From assembly GCA_002787095.1 (NCBI GenBank), contig PCVW01000069.1, positions 12,611 through 53,246 on the forward strand: a stretch of DNA of 40,636 nt. The letters run 5' to 3'. Shown in pieces: positions 34,205 to 40,636 of the stretch. This DNA comes from Candidatus Omnitrophica bacterium CG11_big_fil_rev_8_21_14_0_20_64_10. Lineage in GTDB: Bacteria; Omnitrophota; Gorgyraeia; 1-14-0-20-64-10. The notes beneath the pieces are model-generated. The model searched no databases and was not told the DNA's origin. It saw only the letters and a list, made by a program, of their open reading frames with translations. Numbering within the stretch: position 1 is the stretch's first letter; each line of letters begins with the position of its first letter. Made by a program: the position numbers and the translations under genes.

Positions 34205-35095
34205 ATGATAGGGCTCAGCTGTCGACTCTTGGTGCACGTGGCTGTCGTGTTGCTGGCGCCGCCCCTCTTGCTGGGGGTGATTGGAAAGACCAAGGCCTTC
34301 TTGACCGGCCGGATCGGTCCTCCGATTCTCCAACCCTACTACGACCTCTGGAAGCTCTGGCACAAGGGGGCGGTTTACAGCCGGACCACCTCCTGGCTTT
34401 TCCGGGCGGGCCCCATGGTCGCGCTGGCGGCGTTTCTAGTGGCGGCCCTGTTGATTCCCCTCGGCTCTCAACCGGCCCCCCTCTCTTTTTTTGGGGACGT
34501 GATCCTCTGGGCGTACCTGTTTGGGCTGGCTCGGTTCGCCACCGTCTTGGCTGCGATGGATACCGGGTCGAGCTTCGAGGGAATGGGGGCCAGCCGGGAA
34601 GTCACATTCTCCAGCCTGGCGGAGCCAGCCCTCTTTCTCGGGCTGGCGGTGGTGGCCAGACAGACCCAGAGCTTAAGCTTGAGTCAGATGCTTGGGCCCG
34701 CCCTCGCGCACGCGTGGGCGGTTTCCGCTCCGGCGCTGGGATTGGTGGCCGCCAGTCTGTTCATCGTGTTGCTGGCGGAGAACGCGCGCATCCCGGTGGA
34801 CGATCCGGCCACGCACCTGGAGCTGACGATGATTCACGAGGTGATGGTCCTGGATCACGGAGGGCCGGACTTGGGCCTCATCCTGTACGGCAGCGCCCTG
34901 AAGCTGTTTGTCCTCGGCATGTTGCTGGTGCAGCTTTTCCTGCCGGGAATGCCTTGGGTCGGGCTGCTGGTCTTGTGCCTCCTCATTGGCGCGGTGGAAT
35001 CTTTGATGGCCCGGCTGCGGCTGGTGCACGTTCCACGGCTGCTGATGGCCGCATGCGCACTTGCAGCAATGGGACTCTTATTGGTTTGGAGCTGA
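34205..35095 (+). CDS. hyfC: Hydrogenase-4 component C / NuoH-like subunit
   Basis: GPPILQPYYDLWKL, DTGSSFEGMGASRE, AENARIPVDDPATHLELTMIHEVMVLD. Confidence 0.9.
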   Translation: MIGLSCRLLVHVAVVLLAPPLLLGVIGKTKAFLTGRIGPPILQPYYDLWKLWHKGAVYSRTTSWLFRAGPMVALAAFLVAALLIPLGSQPAPLSFFGDVILWAYLFGLARFATVLAAMDTGSSFEGMGASREVTFSSLAEPALFLGLAVVARQTQSLSLSQMLGPALAHAWAVSAPALGLVAASLFIVLLAENARIPVDDPATHLELTMIHEVMVLDHGGPDLGLILYGSALKLFVLGMLLVQLFLPGMPWVGLLVLCLLIGAVESLMARLRLVHVPRLLMAACALAAMGLLLVWS

Positions 35096-35099
35096 TGCC

Positions 35100-35747
35100 A
35101 TGATGCGAGCCACGGATCTTGTGTTGGTGCTGGCTATGTTGCTGAACTTTCTGGTGCTGGGAAGCAGCCGATTGAGCGCCGGCATCCGGGCCGTCGCGCT
35201 GCAGGGAGCCTCGTTGTCTTTGTTGCCCTTGCTGCTTCACGATGGGGGGGCGCCGACCATTCACCTGATGGCCTTGGGGCTTGGGATGCTGGGGCTTAAA
35301 GGGATGCTCTTCCCGTGGTTGCTGTTTCGCGCGATCCGGGAGGCCTCCATGCGGCGGGAGATGCAGCCGCTGATCGGATTCACCGCGTCGCTTGTGGCCG
35401 GGATCCTCGCGGCAGCGGTGGCGTTTCGGGTTTCTACGCGGTTGCCCTTGCCTTCTGCGCCGGTGTCTTCTTTCCTGATTCCGACGGCCTTGACGACCAT
35501 TCTGGTGAGTTTCATCGTCCTGGTGAGCCGGACAAAGGCGCTGACCCAAGTGCTGGGCTACCTCATGCTGGAAAACGGGATCTTTCTCTTCGGGCTGGTC
35601 TTCGCCCGAGAGATGCCCTTGCTGATCGAATTGGGAATTCTGCTGGACCTGTTTGTGGGGGTGTTTGTGATGGGAATCGTGGTGTTCCACATCCATCGGG
35701 AGTTTGACCACATCGATACGGTCCACCTGACGACGCTGAAAGGGTAA
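35100..35747 (+). CDS. hyfE: Hydrogenase-4 component E-like membrane subunit
   Basis: R.KAL.QVLGYLMLENGIF, PLLIELGILLDL. Confidence 0.88.
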   Translation: MMRATDLVLVLAMLLNFLVLGSSRLSAGIRAVALQGASLSLLPLLLHDGGAPTIHLMALGLGMLGLKGMLFPWLLFRAIREASMRREMQPLIGFTASLVAGILAAAVAFRVSTRLPLPSAPVSSFLIPTALTTILVSFIVLVSRTKALTQVLGYLMLENGIFLFGLVFAREMPLLIELGILLDLFVGVFVMGIVVFHIHREFDHIDTVHLTTLKG

Positions 35748-35749
35748 CG

Positions 35750-37189
35750 ATGTTGATCGCTTTGTGCCTGATTCCGTTGCTGGCCGGTGGTGTCGCCTTC
35801 GCGCTGCGGTCGAACACACAGCGGCTGTCGTTGTTGGTCCTGACCGCGCTGGCGCACTTCCTGCTGGTGGCAAGCTGTTGGCTGAAACTCCCTGCGCCCA
35901 CCCCTTCGGGATGGCTGGCGTTGGATGCGCTGGGACTGCTGTTCCTGACGTTGGTCAGCGTCCTGTTTCTGTGCGCGAGCCTGTATGCGATCGGCTACCT
36001 GCGGCAGGAAGATCATGGCTCGAATCGGGTGTTCGTCGGCTGCTTGCTGGCGTTCTTGTCGGCCATGACCCTCGTGACGGTCAGCCACCACCTGGGGCTG
36101 CTGTGGGTGGCCATTGAGGCCACGACGTTAGCCAGTGCGCCGCTGATCTACTTTCACCACAGTCAGCGTTCGTTGGAGGCCACCTGGAAGTATCTGTTGA
36201 TCTGCTCGATCGGCATCGCCCTGGCGCTCTTGGGAACTTTCTTTGTGGCAATCGCGGGAACCGGCCCTGCTGCGGCGGAGCCTTCGCTGTTGCTCGAAAA
36301 ATTGATGGCGAATGCGGCCAACCTCAACCTGCCATGGCTGAAAGGGGCGTTCATCTTCCTGTTGGTCGGATACGGGACCAAAATGGGTTTGGCGCCCTTG
36401 CACACATGGTTGCCGGATGCTCACAGCGAGGCGCCTTCTCCGGTTTCCGCCTTATTGTCGGGGGCGCTCTTGAACTGCGCGTTCCTGGGGATCCTTCGGG
36501 TGTTCCAGATCTGCGCCGCGGCTAGCCTGAAACATTTTGCCCAAGAGCTGCTTGTACTCTTCGGGCTGCTCTCCTTGTTGATCGCCGCAGCGTTCCTCTT
36601 AAGGCAGTCCGATTACAAACGGATGCTGGCCTATTCCAGCGTCGAACATATGGGCATCCTTGCCCTGGGAGTCGGCTTAGGGGGTGCCGCGACCTACGGG
36701 GCGATGCTCCACGCAGTCAACCACTCGCTGGCCAAGGCCCTGCTGTTCTTTGCCGCAGGAAATATTCTTTTGAGCTACAAGACCAAATCCGCCGCTTCGG
36801 TGCGCGGCGTCCTGCACCGGTTGCCGATAACCGGCTGGCTGTTCCTGGGCGGATTCCTGGCGATTACCGGGTCGCCCCCCTTCGGGCCGTTCTTGAGCGA
36901 GTTCACGATCTTGAATGCAGCCGTCACCCAAGGGCAGATCGGCATTGCCGCCATCTACCTGTCGTTGCTGGCGGTTGTCTTCCTGGGGATGGGATCGGTC
37001 GTCCTGCCGATGGTCCAGGGTGGGTCGGAGGAGGCAGTTCCGTTGCCTTTAGCGTTACCCAGTTCATGGATGTTGAACGGCGTGCCGCTGCTGCTCATGG
37101 CCGGGGTGCTGATGCTCGGCCTTTACGTGCCGAGCGGATTGCAGAACGTCTTGACCGGAGCCTCAGCGCTCCTCGGAGGCGCGCCGTGA
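35750..37189 (+). CDS. hyfF: Hydrogenase-4 component F-like proton-conducting membrane subunit
   Basis: LWVAIEATTL, LEATWKYLLICS, GYGTKMGLAPLHTWLPDAHSEAPSPVSALLSG, KRMLAYSSVEHMG. Confidence 0.9.
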   Translation: MLIALCLIPLLAGGVAFALRSNTQRLSLLVLTALAHFLLVASCWLKLPAPTPSGWLALDALGLLFLTLVSVLFLCASLYAIGYLRQEDHGSNRVFVGCLLAFLSAMTLVTVSHHLGLLWVAIEATTLASAPLIYFHHSQRSLEATWKYLLICSIGIALALLGTFFVAIAGTGPAAAEPSLLLEKLMANAANLNLPWLKGAFIFLLVGYGTKMGLAPLHTWLPDAHSEAPSPVSALLSGALLNCAFLGILRVFQICAAASLKHFAQELLVLFGLLSLLIAAAFLLRQSDYKRMLAYSSVEHMGILALGVGLGGAATYGAMLHAVNHSLAKALLFFAAGNILLSYKTKSAASVRGVLHRLPITGWLFLGGFLAITGSPPFGPFLSEFTILNAAVTQGQIGIAAIYLSLLAVVFLGMGSVVLPMVQGGSEEAVPLPLALPSSWMLNGVPLLLMAGVLMLGLYVPSGLQNVLTGASALLGGAP

Positions 37190-38646
37190 GCGCCTCCTCT
37201 TCAGCCCCGTTGCGGAATCCGCAGGCGATTCCTGAGCGGGAACTCCCTGTGGTTTCCATTGCTGAGTTCCGAACCGGAATCCTTTCCGCCGTGGCCGCGG
37301 GTGGGCGGCTGGCAGCGCTGTTCGGCCATCCGATGGGGAAATCCGGCGTCAAGCTCTGCGCGATCTTGGCTGCCGACGAGGCCGGGGAGTGTGCCGTGGT
37401 GACGACCGCGGTGAAAGATCGCTACCCTGCGCTGGCCCCCGACTGCCCGCAGGCGCAGGGGTTCGAGCGGGAGCTGGCTGAGCAGTATGGTCTGACCCCC
37501 GAGGGGCATCCGTGGTTGAAGCCGATCCGAAACGGGTCGTATCCCTTCTTCCGCGTGGAGGGTGAGGAGATCCACGAGGTCGCTGTCGGCCCTGTGCACG
37601 CCGGGATCATCGAGCCGGGGCATTTCCGGTTCCAGTGCTTGGGCGAGCGGGTGCTGCATCTGGAGATCCAACTTGGGTTTCAACATCGGGGTGTGGAACG
37701 ATTGCTGGAAGGGGCGATTTCCCCTCGGTCTGTCGCGGTAGCAGAGTCCGTTGCGGGGGATACCGTGATTGGGCATACCCTGGTGTTTTGTGAAGCCATC
37801 GAGGCGCTTGGCGAGTGCCAGGTGAGTCCACGGGCGCAGGCGCTACGGGGGATCGCCTTGGAATTGGAGCGGGCGGCCAACCACGTGGGAGATCTGGGTG
37901 CGCTGGGGGCGGACATCGGGTTCCTACCGGCCGCCGCGCATTTCGGGCGGCTGCGCGGAGAATTTCTCAATCTGCTGATAGAGTTGACAGGAAGCCGATA
38001 CGGCAGAAGCTTCCTGCGTCCAGGCGGGGTCCTTTTTGACTTAAGCTCCTCCCTGGAGACTCAATTCACGAAGCGTCTTGGGCAGGCCCAGCGTGATCTA
38101 AAGACGTTCGCGTCGCTGTTCTTCGACAACGCCTCCGTGCTGGGCCGGTTGGAGGGAACGGGAGCCGTCTCCCGGCAGGTGAGCGATGAGTTGGGTCTTG
38201 TCGGTCCAGCGGCTCGTGCCTGCGGCAGCCACCGGGATGTGCGGCGCGATCATCCTTCGGGGATCTATCAGTTTGCCCACATCCCCATCGTTCTCGGAGA
38301 AACGGGCGATGTGTACGCACGGGCCCTCATTCGCTGGCTGGAAACCGAGCGGTCGCTGGAGTTTCTGTTGGAGCAGATCGGCAATCTCCCGGAGGGGGAA
38401 CTGCGGATCTCATGCGGGAAGCTTGCGCCGAACCACCTGGCGCTCTCGCTGGCCGAAGGATGGAGGGGGGAGATCGCCCACCTCGTGATCACCGACCCAC
38501 GGGGACAGATTGCCCGCTACAAAGTGGTCGATCCCTCCTTCCACAACTGGATGGCCTTGAGTATGGCCATGCGGGACGGTGCGATCTCCGACTTCCCGCT
38601 GTGCAACAAGAGCTTCAACCTCTCGTATGCCGGGCACGATCTGTAA
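37186..38646 (+). CDS. HyfG/HycE-like large subunit lacking NiFe ligands (Ehr large subunit)
   Basis: EVAVGPVHAGIIEPGHFRF, HRGVE, EGWRGE, DPSF.NW. No N-terminal RxCxxC (AESVAGDT here). C-terminus is DFPLCNKSFNLSYAGHDL. Confidence 0.88.
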   Translation: MSASSSAPLRNPQAIPERELPVVSIAEFRTGILSAVAAGGRLAALFGHPMGKSGVKLCAILAADEAGECAVVTTAVKDRYPALAPDCPQAQGFERELAEQYGLTPEGHPWLKPIRNGSYPFFRVEGEEIHEVAVGPVHAGIIEPGHFRFQCLGERVLHLEIQLGFQHRGVERLLEGAISPRSVAVAESVAGDTVIGHTLVFCEAIEALGECQVSPRAQALRGIALELERAANHVGDLGALGADIGFLPAAAHFGRLRGEFLNLLIELTGSRYGRSFLRPGGVLFDLSSSLETQFTKRLGQAQRDLKTFASLFFDNASVLGRLEGTGAVSRQVSDELGLVGPAARACGSHRDVRRDHPSGIYQFAHIPIVLGETGDVYARALIRWLETERSLEFLLEQIGNLPEGELRISCGKLAPNHLALSLAEGWRGEIAHLVITDPRGQIARYKVVDPSFHNWMALSMAMRDGAISDFPLCNKSFNLSYAGHDL

Positions 38647-38658
38647 GGAATTCGGAAT

Positions 38659-39441
38659 ATGCTGAAGATCCTCAACGCGCGCGTTCAACAAGGGTGCCGG
38701 ACCATGTGCTTCCCCGATGGGGATGCCAAGCTGCCGGACCGTTTCCGCGGACGCCCGACGTTGGACTCCAGCCGCTGTCCCGATGGGTGCCAAGCGTGCG
38801 TGCAAGCGTGTCCGGTGCAGGCGATTCAGGTCGACGGGCAGGTCCAACTGGACCTCGGCCGGTGCCTCTTCTGTCAGGAATGTGTGACAGCTTGTCCGGA
38901 GGGAGCCATCCAGTACACCTCGGACTATCGCATGGCCTCATCGGAACGGAAGAATTTGATTCTGCAACGGGACGAAATACCCCTCGTTCAGGCCTTGGAG
39001 GAGAAAACCAGACGCCTGTTCGGACGGTCGCTTAAACTGCGGGAGGTCTGCGCCGGCAGCTGCAACGGCTGTGAGATGGAACTTCAGGCGATGAACAACG
39101 TCGTCTTCGATCTCAGCCGGTTCGGAATCCAGTTTGTGGCGTCCCCTCGCCATGCCGACGGCCTGATTGTGACCGGGCCGGTGACCGAAAATATGCGGTT
39201 GGCCTTGGCCAAGACCTATGAGGCTGTCCCGTCACCGAAGCTGGTCATTGCCGTGGGGGCTTGCGCCATCAGCGGAGGACCGTTTCGGGACAGCCCGCAG
39301 GTGCACAATGGCGTCGATGCCCTTCTGCCGGTCGATCTGTACATTCCCGGGTGTCCGCCGCACCCGTTGACGATCTTGGATGGACTCCTGAGACTCTTGG
39401 GAAGGATCGAGCGCCAGAAGGAGGGTGTCCGGCTGATATGA
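38659..39441 (+). CDS. HyfI/NuoB-like small subunit fused to a 2x[4Fe-4S] ferredoxin domain
   Basis: CPDGCQACVQACP, CLFCQECVTACP; AGSCNGCE, SPRHAD, GACAISGG, IPGCPPHP. Confidence 0.9.
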   Translation: MLKILNARVQQGCRTMCFPDGDAKLPDRFRGRPTLDSSRCPDGCQACVQACPVQAIQVDGQVQLDLGRCLFCQECVTACPEGAIQYTSDYRMASSERKNLILQRDEIPLVQALEEKTRRLFGRSLKLREVCAGSCNGCEMELQAMNNVVFDLSRFGIQFVASPRHADGLIVTGPVTENMRLALAKTYEAVPSPKLVIAVGACAISGGPFRDSPQVHNGVDALLPVDLYIPGCPPHPLTILDGLLRLLGRIERQKEGVRLI

Positions 39442-39456
39442 AGAGCCGGTTGTAGG

Positions 39457-39681
39457 GTGCGTATTCAAGTTCGAGTCACGCCTCGAGCAAAGCAGCGGAG
39501 TGTGGAAGCTGCCCAGGATGGAACTCTGCGGGTCAGGGTGACCGAGCCTGCTGAGGGCGGAAGAGCCAATGCTGCTGTCATTGATCTCCTTGCCGAGCAT
39601 TTCAAGGTGCCCAGACGTGCGGTGTCCATCCTACAGGGAGAGAAGAGCCGGCAGAAGCTTGTTGAGATTCTGGAGCGCTGA
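39457..39681 (+). CDS. DUF167 (YggU) family protein
   Basis: VRVTPRA, VRV..P...GRAN.A...LLA..F.V.....I..G..SR.K. Confidence 0.88.
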   Translation: MRIQVRVTPRAKQRSVEAAQDGTLRVRVTEPAEGGRANAAVIDLLAEHFKVPRRAVSILQGEKSRQKLVEILER

Positions 39682-39752
39682 TGAGAAAGGGAGGAATCCG
39701 TCGGCACCCATTTCGACCTTAGACGCCGCTGAAACTGTGTTACAATACGGTT

Positions 39753-39803
39753 TCGGCGGTGGAGTTCGCCGATGAACCGCCCTGGCGGGCTGATGACTCC
39801 TAC
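39753..39803 (+). ncRNA. Fluoride riboswitch (crcB motif)
   Basis: TCGGCG-GTGGAGTT-CGCCGA-TGAACCGC...GCTGATGACTCCTAC matches the consensus, including pseudoknot GGAGT/ACTCC. An extended -10 (TGtTACAAT) lies at 39738-39746. Confidence 0.9.
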
Positions 39804-39837
39804 GGGAGCTGCAACCGCCAGGGCGGTTTTGTGTTTT
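39775..39837 (+). terminator. Riboswitch expression-platform terminator
   Basis: AACCGCCCTGGCGG (39775-88) is perfectly complementary to CCGCCAGGGCGGTT (39815-28), followed by TTGTGTTTT. Confidence 0.75.
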
Positions 39838-39870
39838 CGGGGTTTATCATTGAGGAGGTGGTTCGACAGG

Positions 39871-39897
39871 ATGAAATGGCTTCAATTGGCGTTAGGC
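39871..39897 (+). pseudogene. Probable 5' stub of a fluoride channel gene (fluc/crcB)
   Basis: GAGGAGG SD, then MKWLQLALG, resembling Fluc TM1 starts. It sits directly under the fluoride riboswitch, and the frame stops 5 codons later. Confidence 0.45.
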
Positions 39898-40636
39898 CCA
39901 TCTTTGACAGTTTGAAGGCGCTTTGGGCTCTTGCGGGTGGGCTCGCCCGTCGGAGAGATGCTTCGATCGCTCTAGTAACATGGTGCAAATACAAGAGGTA
40001 TATGCCTCGATTTTTCCGCGCCGACGCTCGCCGGAACCCTCCTGTGGAATCGGCCATAATACCGTCTTATATCGGTGTCAAATCCGACCGAATAAAATCC
40101 TTGACTCGCGCAGATATTTTTTACATAATACTAGTGCAATGTTTGTCCGAAGCAAGACGATCCGCGCCAACGGACGTACCTACCAGTACCTGCACATCGT
40201 CGAGAATCGCTGGGAGAAGGGCAAGGTTCGCCAGCGTATCGTAGGGAGCCTGGGACGTCTGGACTCCCTTCTGGAAAACGGAGACCTCGAGCAGGTCATC
40301 ACCCAACTCGTTGAGCGCTGCCCCACCGTCAAGCTTCTGCGCGCGCAGGCCGCCGGCGCCCTGGAACTCGAGAGCGACCGCGTATGGGGTCCGGTCCTCC
40401 TCTTCGGTCGCCTCTGGGAAGAGCTCGGCCTCAAGGACCTTTTGCGAGAGCTGAGCCGGCGGCAGAAGTTCGGCTTCGACTTCGAGCGGATGGCCTTCGC
40501 CCTCACCTTACAGCGCCTCTTGGAGCCCGGCAGCGACCTGCGGGGCTCCAAGTGGATCGAGACGGTCCACGATCCGGGCTTCGCGAAGCTGCGCCTTTCC
40601 CATTTCTACCGTGCGTTGGGCTTCTTGTGGAAGAAG
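39897..40636 (+). mobile_element. IS1634-family insertion sequence, left part (left end tentative)
   Basis: Contains the transposase ORF. The tentative left end CCCATCTTTGACAG is placed where the Fluc-like frame breaks. Confidence 0.55.
40139..40636 (+). CDS. IS1634-family transposase (3' partial)
   Basis: MFVRSKT....TYQYLHIVENRWEKGKVRQRIVGSLGRLD...WGPVLLF..LWEELG...RLLEPGSD....W...LSHFYRAL; open to the window end. Promoter TTGACT-17-CATAAT at 40101-40129. Confidence 0.88.
   Translation, partial: MFVRSKTIRANGRTYQYLHIVENRWEKGKVRQRIVGSLGRLDSLLENGDLEQVITQLVERCPTVKLLRAQAAGALELESDRVWGPVLLFGRLWEELGLKDLLRELSRRQKFGFDFERMAFALTLQRLLEPGSDLRGSKWIETVHDPGFAKLRLSHFYRALGFLWKK

Noticed and set aside
37186-38646. 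Functional [NiFe]-hydrogenase / formate hydrogenlyase
   Set aside because: Both Ni-binding CxxC motifs are absent, and no maturases or formate dehydrogenase are in the window.
39759-40244. 161-aa ORF spanning the riboswitch and IS end
   Set aside because: It crosses a riboswitch, a terminator and the transposase start; most likely spurious.

Overview
GC-rich bacterial window with five blocks. (1) 1-15870 (+): a cluster resembling arsenosugar-type ('rSAM/selenodomain-associated') loci. It holds YyaL, CusF-SCO, patatin, DUF547, a membrane glycosyltransferase, two TIGR04283-like GT2s (one fused to a TIGR04282-like domain), DsrE, a MerA-like flavoprotein, DedA/TVP38, PiT and a sterol desaturase. 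Its centre is an unusual 844-aa protein fusing a PqqD/RRE-like domain, a radical SAM domain, a Cys-depleted SPASM-like domain and an ArsM methyltransferase. (2) 15892-18838 (-): a MerR-family heavy-metal operon with a ZntR-type 20-bp-spacer promoter/operator. (3) 18877-20352: an AbiEi/AbiEii toxin-antitoxin pair and tRNA-Thr(CGT). (4) ~20360-24660: a small tyrosine-integrase element with att-arm-like repeats, several HTH genes and phased palindromic repeats. (5) 24700-40636: tandem ArsR regulators, a divergent malic enzyme, accessory genes, isocitrate dehydrogenase and an Ehr (hydrogenase-4-like, no NiFe ligands) operon, then a fluoride riboswitch whose probable fluc/crcB target appears cut by an IS1634-family element at the window end. 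All family calls come from motif recognition by eye; no searches were run.
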